Positions 1-9,926 of a stretch of DNA of 64,000 bases are shown here, piece after piece. The translations under genes and the position numbers were made by a program. How positions within the stretch are numbered: position 1 is the first letter of the stretch; each line of letters begins with the position of its first letter. Origin of the DNA: Candidatus Dojkabacteria bacterium (GTDB lineage Bacteria; Patescibacteriota; Dojkabacteria; SC72); contig DUTP01000003.1 of the NCBI GenBank assembly GCA_012842045.1, positions 130,532 to 194,531 of the forward strand, given 5' to 3'. The notes beneath the pieces were generated by a model. It did not search any database. It saw nothing but the letters and a program-made list of their open reading frames with translations, and was not told the origin of the DNA.

Positions 1-643
1 GGAGGTTCTCATCTTCCTTACTAAACTTCCTAACAGTAGAGGAGAACTCCATTACAGGAATATCTCCATACTTTCTTGCTAGCTCTGAAACCATGATAAT
101 TGGATTACCTCTCTCTTGACGATATATCTCCTCAAGACGAAGCATAGGGGAAGCCATGAGATTAAACTTACCTTCAACAGGTGGTAACTGACCATGGTCT
201 CCAACAGCAAGAATTGGTTTCTCAAAACTAAGTAAATCATTCCATATATCCTCAGAAACCATAGATGCTTCATCTACCACAATTAAATCATATTCAAAAG
301 AATCAACAGGTATTTTCTCCCAACCGATGATATTATCATCCTCATCTACAATAGCTTTGTATATCAATCTATGAATAGTACCTATGTAATCAGAAGGAGC
401 TAAAGACTTACTCTCTTCTAATTTCTTTTTTAATACTAAAGAAGCCTTACCAGTAAATGAACAATATGCAATTGAAATCCCTTTATACTCCCTATGCAAC
501 CTGTTCCCAAGATGACCAAGTAGGGTAGTCTTACCAGTACCTGCATACCCACCTAGAGTCACATATCGAGTCTTCTTACCCTTGTACCAATCTAAGATAC
601 TATCTACCACCTTTTTCTGTTTAGGTGAAAGTTCTACATCCAT
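1..643 (-). CDS. RecD/Dda-like superfamily 1B helicase (partial, runs off window start; not in ORF track)
   Basis: Manual translation from ATG at 643: MDVELSPKQKKVVDSILDW...GGYAGTGKTT (Walker A), SFTGKA, TIHRLIY, IVVDEASMV (Walker B), VGDHGQLPPV, LEEIYRQ. Confidence 0.85.
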   Translation of the reverse strand, partial: MDVELSPKQKKVVDSILDWYKGKKTRYVTLGGYAGTGKTTLLGHLGNRLHREYKGISIAYCSFTGKASLVLKKKLEESKSLAPSDYIGTIHRLIYKAIVDEDDNIIGWEKIPVDSFEYDLIVVDEASMVSEDIWNDLLSFEKPILAVGDHGQLPPVEGKFNLMASPMLRLEEIYRQERGNPIIMVSELARKYGDIPVMEFSSTVRKFSKEDENL

Positions 644-684
644 GAGTTCATTATACACAATTTAAGAGAGTGTTACTTTGGTGT

Positions 685-736
685 TTACTACAATAATCTG
701 TAGTAACTTGCAATCTCTGTCCCTTTTCTGTATACT
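685..736 (+). promoter_or_regulatory. sigma70-like promoter of the ATPase operon with an adjacent inverted repeat (possible operator)
   Basis: TTGCAA(708-713)-17 bp-TATACT(731-736); perfect inverted repeat TTACTACA-N6-TGTAGTAA at 685-706. Confidence 0.5.
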
Positions 737-777
737 TAGTTTAGGTAAGTATAATATATTCAAAATTAACAAAACTT

Positions 778-1962
778 ATGATTAGAAGTATAACATTTGA
801 CAATTTCTACTCCTTTAAAGAGAGACAAGAAATTGATTTTACTGCAAACAAAAAAGATTCCTATGATTACTTTAACTCTCCCAAAGGAGACCAGATAACT
901 AAAGTAGCATCTTTCATAGGTGCAAATGCTTCTGGTAAAACTAATGTTATCAGACTCTTTGGATTTCTTGGATACTTTCTCACAAATCTAAATAGAAATG
1001 GTAATGTAGAGAATATATTCATTCCATATAGCAATTTCTTCAATAACAAGAAACCTACCAATATTGAAATAGTTTTTGAGATTAAAGAAAACATATTTAC
1101 ATACAAATTGGTATTAAAAGAAAACAGTGTAAACAAAGAAATACTAATCGTAAAAGAGATTAAAAAAGGAGCACAGCCTGTTACTCTTTTCAAAAGGGAG
1201 AAAGATAATATATTAGAATTAAACAAGAGGTATTTTAAAAATCTTAAACCATCAATATTGCCAAGAATTAGAGAAGATATCTCCTTTATCCCATTTCTAA
1301 AATCTCTCTATGATATAGAAGTAATCAATACACTCATAGAATATTTCAATAATTTCTACACTAATATAAATGAGATTGGAGAACACAATATTGTCCCTTA
1401 CCAAATAGATGCCTTTAAATCATACGAAGAAGATGCTGAAATAAAAGAAAAAACTCTTGATGTTATGAAGAATTTTGACTTGGGACTAGCTGATATAAAA
1501 ATCGAAAAAGAAGAAAAAAAAGAGAAAGGATTTATAGACTATACAATATCAGGCATACATAATACTTCGGTTGGAGATAGAAGGCTTCCTTTCCTCTATG
1601 AATCTAGAGGCACACAAAGTATTTTTTTCCTAATGACGAGGATACTTAAAGCCCTCAAATACAATGGAGTCGCAATCATAGATGAAATAGAATTAGGATT
1701 ACACCCAGAAGCTCTAAACAAGATAATTACATATTTCATAGATGAGAATGCTGAAGGACATGCACAACTAATCTTCTCCTCACTCTCACTTGCTAGTATG
1801 AACAAGCTAGATATGCACCAAATCTATTTAACAGAAAAGAACAATGAGGGAGAAAGCATTGTTAAAAGATTAAACAAAATAGATGGAGTAAGAAGTGATG
1901 ATAATTTTTTAAATAAATATCTAGCTGGAAAATATGGAGCATTCCCAAACATCAAAATCTAG
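778..1962 (+). CDS. AAA_21/AbiEii-type ABC-family ATPase (RloA/AbiLi-like)
   Basis: NFYSFKE N-terminus, Walker A GANASGKT, signature ESRGT, Walker B IIDEIE..LHP, C-terminal YLAGKYGAFP. Confidence 0.85.
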   Translation: MIRSITFDNFYSFKERQEIDFTANKKDSYDYFNSPKGDQITKVASFIGANASGKTNVIRLFGFLGYFLTNLNRNGNVENIFIPYSNFFNNKKPTNIEIVFEIKENIFTYKLVLKENSVNKEILIVKEIKKGAQPVTLFKREKDNILELNKRYFKNLKPSILPRIREDISFIPFLKSLYDIEVINTLIEYFNNFYTNINEIGEHNIVPYQIDAFKSYEEDAEIKEKTLDVMKNFDLGLADIKIEKEEKKEKGFIDYTISGIHNTSVGDRRLPFLYESRGTQSIFFLMTRILKALKYNGVAIIDEIELGLHPEALNKIITYFIDENAEGHAQLIFSSLSLASMNKLDMHQIYLTEKNNEGESIVKRLNKIDGVRSDDNFLNKYLAGKYGAFPNIKI

Positions 1963-2434
1963 TACAAGGCATCCATATACAGGACTGCTCTTTGGTGAAG
2001 GAAGGAAAGATAAAACCTTCATAAAGAATCTCTCTTCTCTCAAGAAGTTTAAGTATCATACATCAAAATGGACTTTTCTTTTAGATAATGCATCAGGTGG
2101 TAGTCCTGAAACAATACTACAAAAATGCTGTCAAACATCTTCCAACAGAGACTTTGACATAGTTATTTGTTTCATTGACCTAGATAAACTAAAGAAGGAT
2201 TTCCCTAAAAATTGGGAAAAAGAGAAGGAGAAGATTGAAAAACAATTTCCTAATATACATATATTCTGGCATGAGGATTGTCTAGAAGATGAAATGAAGA
2301 AGGTGATTGGTAAAAAGAATGTAGGAAAGAAAGAGATAAATAGGATTGCAAATAAAGAAGTAGAAAAATTTGTTAATTCTAAATATTGGAAAAGTCTTCT
2401 TGAGATAATAAAAGATTGTGAAGAAAAAGAATAA
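1934..2434 (+). CDS. RloB-like (TOPRIM-fold) protein, partner of upstream ATPase
   Basis: LLFGEG..D, GGSP, CFIDLD, CLE motifs; overlaps ATPase stop. Confidence 0.65.
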   Translation: MEHSQTSKSSTRHPYTGLLFGEGRKDKTFIKNLSSLKKFKYHTSKWTFLLDNASGGSPETILQKCCQTSSNRDFDIVICFIDLDKLKKDFPKNWEKEKEKIEKQFPNIHIFWHEDCLEDEMKKVIGKKNVGKKEINRIANKEVEKFVNSKYWKSLLEIIKDCEEKE

Positions 2435-2465
2435 CGAAAAGATGCTAAATATGTTAGAATAACAC

Positions 2466-3260
2466 ATGTTCTTCTTTACAAAACCTATCTCAAAACCAAT
2501 CAAATACAGAGTCGTCTATGAATACACCGATGATATATCATCACAATACCACTACACATATACCATTCAATTACCAGATAATCAAATACAACACTTCACC
2601 TACTATATACCCCAAAGACCTAAGATCAATGCACATAGCTTTCATAAATTTAAACTACCACATGATACACTTAATAATTGGGGAATATTTGGTAAAAACC
2701 TAGTATTAACAATAGATGATTCGTATAACTTTGAACAAACAAAAAGAATGTATCAGTTATTAAGAGAATACAATATCACAGCAACATTCTTCCCAAACAC
2801 AATATATATCAATCCACATAATCCAGAACATCTAGAACTATGGAGAGATATATACAACTCTGGATATGAGATAGGGTATCACACCACAGACCATGCTAGA
2901 AAAAGAAGTGTAGAGGAGTTAGATAGAGATTTTAATACTTTTACAGATATATTTAGAAACATACTTCAAGATCAAAGCTTTAGTATAAAGAGTGTAAGAG
3001 CTCCATATGGATACTTTGATAGAGTATGGATGAAGTGGGTTACTGATAACAACCTCCTTAATATGAGATGGACTATGACAGAATTAGAAGATATGGACTA
3101 TCTAAGAAAGCTCTACTACAAACAGAAGGGTAGAGTACTTCTCCTTCATAATAGGAAAGGGGATGTAGAATGGTTAAGAAAACATTTCAATGAACTCATA
3201 CAGATAGCTAAAGAGAATGGTGGGAAAACGGGAAGCATATATGATAGTATAGTCAGGTAA
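2466..3260 (+). CDS. polysaccharide deacetylase (CE4/NodB family)
   Basis: LTIDD, ATFF, EIGYHTTDH, RAPYG, VLLLH motifs. Confidence 0.8.
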   Translation: MFFFTKPISKPIKYRVVYEYTDDISSQYHYTYTIQLPDNQIQHFTYYIPQRPKINAHSFHKFKLPHDTLNNWGIFGKNLVLTIDDSYNFEQTKRMYQLLREYNITATFFPNTIYINPHNPEHLELWRDIYNSGYEIGYHTTDHARKRSVEELDRDFNTFTDIFRNILQDQSFSIKSVRAPYGYFDRVWMKWVTDNNLLNMRWTMTELEDMDYLRKLYYKQKGRVLLLHNRKGDVEWLRKHFNELIQIAKENGGKTGSIYDSIVR

Positions 3261-4006
3261 TGGAACAGAAATTTCTTTTTTTTGATACAGAAACAACTGA
3301 TGTACAGAGTAAAGATATCATTCAACTAGCTTTTCTAACTAGTGATGGTAAGGAGTTTAATGAATATTTTAAACCTGAACAAGATATATCGTTTGGAGCT
3401 ATGGCTGTACACCATATTACACCTGAATTTCTAGAAGACAAACCTATGTTTAAAGAGAGGATGGTACAAGATACTACCTCTATGACTCTTTTCTCAGAGA
3501 TTACACTAAAAGAATATCTTAATAACTTAGGTAAGGAATATATATGGGTAGCACATAATGTAGAGTTTGATATGGAAGTACTTAAGAAAAAAGGCATAGA
3601 GATACCTAGATATATATGTACACTTAAAGTAGCTAGGAATATGTTAGAAGATGAGAACAAGAGAGACCTTGAGAGCTATTCATTACAATATCTTAGATAT
3701 TATTTAGGTCTTTACAAAAAAGAAAAAGATACTGAAATATTACCACATGATGCTATGGGTGATGTGATTGTACTTAAGAATCTTTTTGATTATTTACAAC
3801 ATAATTCTGTACTTACACCAGAGAATATGATGACTATATCTAAAGAACCACAGTATATTCGTACACTTACATTTGGTAAGTATGCAGGGTATAACCTTGA
3901 GGATGTTGTTAAGACAGATAGGGAGTATTTAGAATGGTTAATGGAGAATGCACAGGATAAGAAAGATTTACTTTATAATATTGACAGGGTTTTAAGTTCT
4001 ATGTAG
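3260..4006 (+). CDS. DEDDh 3'-5' exonuclease (ExoX-like) with C-terminal FGKY..YL.W domain
   Basis: FFDTETT, VAHNVEFD, HDAMGD; C-terminal LTFGKYAG...EYLEWL. Confidence 0.85.
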   Translation: MEQKFLFFDTETTDVQSKDIIQLAFLTSDGKEFNEYFKPEQDISFGAMAVHHITPEFLEDKPMFKERMVQDTTSMTLFSEITLKEYLNNLGKEYIWVAHNVEFDMEVLKKKGIEIPRYICTLKVARNMLEDENKRDLESYSLQYLRYYLGLYKKEKDTEILPHDAMGDVIVLKNLFDYLQHNSVLTPENMMTISKEPQYIRTLTFGKYAGYNLEDVVKTDREYLEWLMENAQDKKDLLYNIDRVLSSM

Positions 4007-4016
4007 GATATATTAT

Positions 4017-5087
4017 ATGAAGATTACTGCTTCTAAGAAGACAATTGTTATATTATCCATTAGTTTCTTATTATCCCTAATAGCTGGTATTATACTTCTC
4101 TACAAGGATGTTATTCACAATGGTATTAAGTATGGTAAGTGGTTTGCATTGGATAAGCATGAAGGAGAGTTTATTGATTGTATGGAATATAAGGAAGAGG
4201 AGAATGAAATAAATGCTATATGCCAAGGTTTTTTACTAGAGACAGAGGAAAAAGATGCTTCTAAGTCAAGAGGAAAACTTTGTAAAGAGTTTTACATTGT
4301 ATATAAAGATTATCAAGGTTGGCAGAAGTTTTCACCATGTTTAAATAAGGAAGATTTTATATATAAAGATATATTAACTAAACCTAACCATTATATACCT
4401 GTAAATATCCATATACATTACACTAAAGTTAATCCTTTTAAATATAAGCTTGATAATATAACTTTAGAGGATATGGGGGATGAGGATTTGTATGTAGAAT
4501 TAATACCCAATAATATGGCTGTTCAACAAATAATAAGAAATGGGAAAATGATTACACAAAGCAATTTACTTTCTGAGAAAAATGGGTATTTGGCAATAGA
4601 AACAGGGATTGATAATAATTATCCTTATATGACCTATTTTAAAGAATTAAGTTTAAAAGAGATTGATGTAAAAGATGGAAAGATTAGATTGTTGTTCACC
4701 GGTGAAGTTAAACAACAAACAGTTACTATAACAACAATCGCTGAAAGCTTTCTTTTCAGTTACTATGATGAAGCAAAGAAACTACAAGATATTTTAATAA
4801 ATACGAAGAACTATAAAGAAATAACGCCAGGATTATTGTATAAAGTATATTTCTTTTCTCTGTCAAATAAAGAAAACGAGAAGTTAGAAGATATAATATC
4901 ATCCTGTAAAAATGATTTAACAAATAAAGAGTTTTTCGACCAAGTCTTTTGTAATGCTGGAGAAGAGAAAATAAGGAATTCTGTAATAAGTGATAGAAAC
5001 ACCTACATAGATACTCTACTTAATCAAAACTCTGAGAATCTGCAACTAGAGAAGTTTATACTCTATTCACTTATAAAACTAGACTAA
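4017..5087 (+). CDS. hypothetical membrane-anchored protein
   Basis: 356-aa ORF with N-terminal hydrophobic helix; no recognised motifs. Confidence 0.6.
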   Translation: MKITASKKTIVILSISFLLSLIAGIILLYKDVIHNGIKYGKWFALDKHEGEFIDCMEYKEEENEINAICQGFLLETEEKDASKSRGKLCKEFYIVYKDYQGWQKFSPCLNKEDFIYKDILTKPNHYIPVNIHIHYTKVNPFKYKLDNITLEDMGDEDLYVELIPNNMAVQQIIRNGKMITQSNLLSEKNGYLAIETGIDNNYPYMTYFKELSLKEIDVKDGKIRLLFTGEVKQQTVTITTIAESFLFSYYDEAKKLQDILINTKNYKEITPGLLYKVYFFSLSNKENEKLEDIISSCKNDLTNKEFFDQVFCNAGEEKIRNSVISDRNTYIDTLLNQNSENLQLEKFILYSLIKLD

Positions 5088-5111
5088 TTCTTTATTAAAT
5101 TTGAAAAACTG

Positions 5112-6743
5112 TTAATCAAAAAATCTGTTTATTTGACTAGTAGGAATATATGGAAAAGGTTTTCCTGTACCGTATAACTCCTTCAGGTTTCCCTCTTCTA
5201 GATAATATCTATCCATTGTAATACCCTGAGGTATAACCATAGGAATAGTTGCATTACTATCAATGTATTGATTATAGTTCTCTATGAGTGTATCTATCAT
5301 TTCTATTTGTCCATCTGGTAATTCTTTAACCAAGCTTATTGTTGCTCCATGTATAATTCGCGAATGTTCTTTTGAAAAAGGAGGGTCAAATGGAGAAGCC
5401 CAAGCCATAGATTTAGCCATATTTATATTCGAGAATATAGGTTCTATTTTGAAGAAATATCGAGCATCTGGATTATCAGATTTTATTTTAAAGGTAAAAT
5501 CACTACTTTTCGTTACCCCTACTCCTATATTCCACCTCTCTGTTTCCATAGTAAAAGGCCCTGGGAAACAACCTACAACAATCTTCCTGTATTCAACTCT
5601 TTCTATAGACGAATCATCCTTCTGTGAAAGACGATTTAAAGAAGAGGCTAAAAACTGACTTCCTAAAAGATAAGCTGTTCTTCCACCGTTCACAGTACCT
5701 ATACCTGTGTGAAAAGCACCCTCTGTAGGTTGAAAGATTTCAAAAAGTGATATCTCTTCCCCTGGTCTAAACCCACCAATTTGTTCTTGATATTCAAGTA
5801 GTCTTTGAAATGAGAGTAACTCTCCTCTTACCATATTTACATCATCTCTCTCATAGCTAGTTATTCCTGTTATAACATTATAATTTTTTGCTTTCTCTTC
5901 TACAAAACCTTGTATTTCATTATGTCTGTCTACTGCATTTAGTAGTAGAGTAAATTTACTTCTATTTGTTCCACAATCAAAGGAATCCTCGACTATTCCA
6001 AGTGTTAACATCTCACCTTTCTCATTTTTTACTAACCTCTTCTCCTTTATATTGAAAGTATACCCTACAGGTAACACAAGTTTAACTGTAGCAGTATGCT
6101 CACTTCTTCCTGACTCGGGATCATATAACGGCATCAAATACAAATGATTCTCTCCCTCATATGCTGTCTCTACTGTCTCTGAAACATCTAATGTCTCTAC
6201 TTCTACTAACTGATATTCATTCCAATTAAGTAAATCTGTAGCATTAAAATCAAAATTCTCATTCTTTTCAGTAGGTACATTCTTTGGAATATTAGATTCT
6301 ACTTGGACTGTAGCTGTAGGCTCTGGTGTCTCTGTTGGTACTTCTTCTGTAAGAACCTCTGTAATAGTTGGATTAGTAACTACCTCTGTAGGTACATTCT
6401 CTACTAGAGTAGGTAAAGGTGTTACTTCTTCAATATCTTCCTTAGTAGATGTAGGCAATGGAGCTGTAACTGCTGGTTTCTCTATCACTTCTGTTACCTG
6501 TTCTGGTACACAAGCATCTAGCACTAAAGCTCCTAAAGATGTAAGACAAAGCATTGATCTAGCTGCTATATTCCTAACATTTTTAATACTACCTCCCTTT
6601 TCATTTGTCTTAGTATCTTCTACTGGAACATTAGGAATATCCTCAAATGTATCAACATCCACATCATCTATCTCATAGTCTAAATCTCTATTAACATCAC
6701 CTACAACAATATCACTATCTAATCTAGGTTCTTGTGTATCCAT
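5112..6743 (-). CDS. putative lipoprotein with Pro/Thr linker and degenerate VanW-like domain
   Basis: Lipobox-like VLDAC after hydrophobic stretch, PT/E-rich linker, PGEEISL...GSQFLASSL...DFTFK resembling VanW. Confidence 0.5.
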   Translation of the reverse strand: MDTQEPRLDSDIVVGDVNRDLDYEIDDVDVDTFEDIPNVPVEDTKTNEKGGSIKNVRNIAARSMLCLTSLGALVLDACVPEQVTEVIEKPAVTAPLPTSTKEDIEEVTPLPTLVENVPTEVVTNPTITEVLTEEVPTETPEPTATVQVESNIPKNVPTEKNENFDFNATDLLNWNEYQLVEVETLDVSETVETAYEGENHLYLMPLYDPESGRSEHTATVKLVLPVGYTFNIKEKRLVKNEKGEMLTLGIVEDSFDCGTNRSKFTLLLNAVDRHNEIQGFVEEKAKNYNVITGITSYERDDVNMVRGELLSFQRLLEYQEQIGGFRPGEEISLFEIFQPTEGAFHTGIGTVNGGRTAYLLGSQFLASSLNRLSQKDDSSIERVEYRKIVVGCFPGPFTMETERWNIGVGVTKSSDFTFKIKSDNPDARYFFKIEPIFSNINMAKSMAWASPFDPPFSKEHSRIIHGATISLVKELPDGQIEMIDTLIENYNQYIDSNATIPMVIPQGITMDRYYLEEGNLKELYGTGKPFPYIPTSQINRFFD

Positions 6744-6835
6744 ATATATTAAAAAATATAAATTTATTATGTTTACCTATACTACTATTTTATCATAATG
6801 TTGACTATTCTACAATTATCTTTTATTCTTTTTAT

Positions 6836-9800
6836 ATGAAAAAGAAACTGTTTGTTATTATTCTTTTTGTTTTGTTTTTTTGGGTGTTTAGTTTAGAAAG
6901 AGAAGAGGTTCTGGGAACCGTATGTGGCGATTACTGTGGTGATGGGATTTGTTTTTCTTCCACATCAGCAGATCTTTATCAGTGCAGTAACAAGATATGT
7001 TCTGGTCCTACTTATTACCCATCTTTGCCATGTGCACCAGCCTCAGACCCCATTATACCTTGTTGTTCCCAGGGTAGTTATGCAACTTCTTGTAGTGACA
7101 TACAATGCGCAGAGGGCAATCTTCCTACAAGTAACCTATATTGCTGCGATCCTTGTGATTCCTCCTGCCAAACCTGTACACCACCAGCTTGTCCATCAAC
7201 TCAAACACCAAATGAAAATCACTGCGGTATAGCAAGCACTCAATTCTGCTCCAACCCCAAAAATGAATGTGGTGATTCATGTCCTAATTCAATAAGACAT
7301 TGCTATCCCAAAGGAGAATGTACAGAATGTACAAAAACCTGTCCTGACAACTATCGTTTAGAACCAACAACATGTAATCCAACAGGTCCAATAAATTGTG
7401 AGTGGAGAACTCGTTGCTCCAATGAAAGAGATAATTGTCAAACAACAACATACCAATGCTATCCAATAGGAACATGTAGAGACTGTAATGTAGTTCCTCC
7501 TCCTGGATATCATTTACCTACACCTGGAGAGATAACACTCTGTCCCCTAGGTACAGCTAGATGTAATAGATATACAGAATGTGGTGTTTACTGTAATGAA
7601 AAAACAGCTCCTGCATATGAAGACGAACCCAGTGTAGTACCAGGATCACCTACAAACCCAAGAATTACAATAAATGGATACACATACTTCCTCTCTACAA
7701 GTACACATACCAGAGTAAGAAAACCATTACCAGGAACACAACCAGATAACTCTGTAACCATTGGAGCATCACAACCATCATTAACACCAGGAACATACCG
7801 TAATCCAAGATATGACTTCCTAGTCGAAAACTATGGTCTCAATGAAGAATGGAAAGATACAGTTGGAAACTGTTACGGTGTAGTAGGTGAAGACTTCTGT
7901 GTAGTAGAAAGTACACCTGACACTGTAAACTTCAAAGGTCAAGCTAAAGTTGCAAATCAAATTCTCAAAGAAGGAGCTACTGGTTACTTTGCAACAAGAT
8001 TCACTACAAGTAACAAATGTGACCATGGTATTAAACGATCCGTATACATAGAGCCAAAATACAAAGTAGATTATCTCCCACTAGTTGAAACCGTAGAGAT
8101 AACAGGAGATCCAGTGGTAAAAGGATGTAATGCAGGAAGATATACAGGTCTACAAGCAAACAACCCGTTAACTATCACAATAACTGGATCTGACCCTGAT
8201 GGGGTTAGTGATATAAATGGGCTCTCACTATGGCTAGTTAAAAGAGGTGTTGGTGATTTAAGTAATGATTTAAACCAAGTAGTACCAATGGGACCTGGAG
8301 ATACACATACTAATCCTAATGAGGTAGGAATGTTCTTCCCATTCCTCTCAGGTGGACAAACACACCTTTACAAGGCAATAAACGAAAACGCTCAAAACAG
8401 GTTAATAGGTTGGGGTAGAGATGTACCTTCTTCAGGGGGAGACTTAGACCCTAAAGTCCAAAGTAGTCAGGGCTTGATAATAGAGAGCGCCACAGCAATA
8501 TATACAAAGACAGGTTCAACGGTAGAAGTAGTAGTAACCTTACAATTTCCAAACCCAGCTACACCAGGATCAATCGTAGGAGAATATGATATTTATGTAG
8601 GTTTCAGTGATATATTTACATTCTCAAGAAAATCCTCTGCTGATGGTGGAGGTGTATACCTAGACTCTCAAAATGTAAAACACTCAGGACAGGAGAGTTG
8701 GCATTTTGATTTTATCAAACCTGTATACCAAAATGCTAAATTAGAACGAGTAGCAGGAGAACAGAAACTACTAGACTTGTTCTGGACTATCAATGAGGAA
8801 GGTTCGGATTTAAAACATACCGTTGTAAATGTGACCACAGCAAAAACAGATGCTGATGAAATTAAAAGAATACAACCAACAACTATACCAGAAGAAGATT
8901 TTGTTACACCTCAAGATTTGGAAGATAACAAAATTGGTAATATACCTGTAGACAGTGGTTGGTTACATCCAATAAACCGTAATAAGCGTCAAACATCTAT
9001 GAGGATTAATACTCAAGATACTTCTGCTGGAACATTAAAATTCTTCATCACAGCTTTTGACAATGCCTGTAACTATGCAAGAACAGGTGAAGATGGTAAT
9101 GATGGTATTGACCCTATAAACTACGACCGATGGATGTCAACCAAAGGAGGAATATTTTACTCAATAGGTAGTGTTGATTACAGAACTAAGCTACTAGATC
9201 CCAATAATCACTTCTACAACTTAGGTTCAGAACTCCTAGCAACAGGTGCTAATGCAATAAGGGATGTACTTAGATTTACAGATAGAGATAAAAATCCAGC
9301 CGTAGCAGTAGGAGTTACAGATACAAACGAAGAGAACAAAGTAAACCTCTATGAAGCACTCAAGAGAGAAGCAAACATTTCTATGAACAAGAAACTTAAG
9401 TTAATTACTCCTTCCTCTGGTCAATATATCTGTGATGCCCCAGAGGGATGTTACTACAAACCAGGAGTAGGTGAAGATGTAGGAGGCACATACAGTGGTA
9501 AAATCTTAATATATTCCAAAGATGATATAAAGATAACAGATGATCTAAAAGCAACTAGTAACAATGATGCAATGTTCATATTTTCTGAAAAGAACATAAT
9601 TGTAAATGATGGACATGCTACTGGTGGTACAGACAGAATAGATGCATTTCTACTTGCTAAAGAAAGGATAACGATAGCCCAAGATGCAGCTGTAACTGAG
9701 AACCATGACCAAGTATTACTAGTAGGAGGACTAATTGCCTTTGGTATTGGAGGAGAATCTCCTGCATTCGTTCTACAAAGAAACTTAGGTGCAGATAATC

Positions 9801-9916
9801 CACTTAAACCAGCACTAATTATCAACTATCATCCTAAGTATACTAAATTTGCAGAACTTTTCTTTGATGTAGATAAATCTGTACATAAAAGAGAAGTTGG
9901 ATTTAAACCTTTGTAA
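6836..9916 (+). CDS. large secreted Cys-rich surface protein
   Basis: Start refined to ATG 6836 (MKKKLFVIILFVLFF signal peptide; TTGACT-17-TATTCT promoter just upstream); dense Cys repeats in N-terminal ~260 aa, beta-rich C-terminus. Confidence 0.7.
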   Translation: MKKKLFVIILFVLFFWVFSLEREEVLGTVCGDYCGDGICFSSTSADLYQCSNKICSGPTYYPSLPCAPASDPIIPCCSQGSYATSCSDIQCAEGNLPTSNLYCCDPCDSSCQTCTPPACPSTQTPNENHCGIASTQFCSNPKNECGDSCPNSIRHCYPKGECTECTKTCPDNYRLEPTTCNPTGPINCEWRTRCSNERDNCQTTTYQCYPIGTCRDCNVVPPPGYHLPTPGEITLCPLGTARCNRYTECGVYCNEKTAPAYEDEPSVVPGSPTNPRITINGYTYFLSTSTHTRVRKPLPGTQPDNSVTIGASQPSLTPGTYRNPRYDFLVENYGLNEEWKDTVGNCYGVVGEDFCVVESTPDTVNFKGQAKVANQILKEGATGYFATRFTTSNKCDHGIKRSVYIEPKYKVDYLPLVETVEITGDPVVKGCNAGRYTGLQANNPLTITITGSDPDGVSDINGLSLWLVKRGVGDLSNDLNQVVPMGPGDTHTNPNEVGMFFPFLSGGQTHLYKAINENAQNRLIGWGRDVPSSGGDLDPKVQSSQGLIIESATAIYTKTGSTVEVVVTLQFPNPATPGSIVGEYDIYVGFSDIFTFSRKSSADGGGVYLDSQNVKHSGQESWHFDFIKPVYQNAKLERVAGEQKLLDLFWTINEEGSDLKHTVVNVTTAKTDADEIKRIQPTTIPEEDFVTPQDLEDNKIGNIPVDSGWLHPINRNKRQTSMRINTQDTSAGTLKFFITAFDNACNYARTGEDGNDGIDPINYDRWMSTKGGIFYSIGSVDYRTKLLDPNNHFYNLGSELLATGANAIRDVLRFTDRDKNPAVAVGVTDTNEENKVNLYEALKREANISMNKKLKLITPSSGQYICDAPEGCYYKPGVGEDVGGTYSGKILIYSKDDIKITDDLKATSNNDAMFIFSEKNIIVNDGHATGGTDRIDAFLLAKERITIAQDAAVTENHDQVLLVGGLIAFGIGGESPAFVLQRNLGADNPLKPALIINYHPKYTKFAELFFDVDKSVHKREVGFKPL

Positions 9917-9926
9917 AATAATAAAT

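Noticed and set aside
79-273. 64-aa minus-strand ORF
   Set aside because: Out-of-frame shadow within the helicase gene 1-643.
1-5087. Prophage or mobile element at the left end (helicase, exonuclease, Abi-like genes)
   Set aside because: No integrase, transposase, structural phage genes or att repeats visible.
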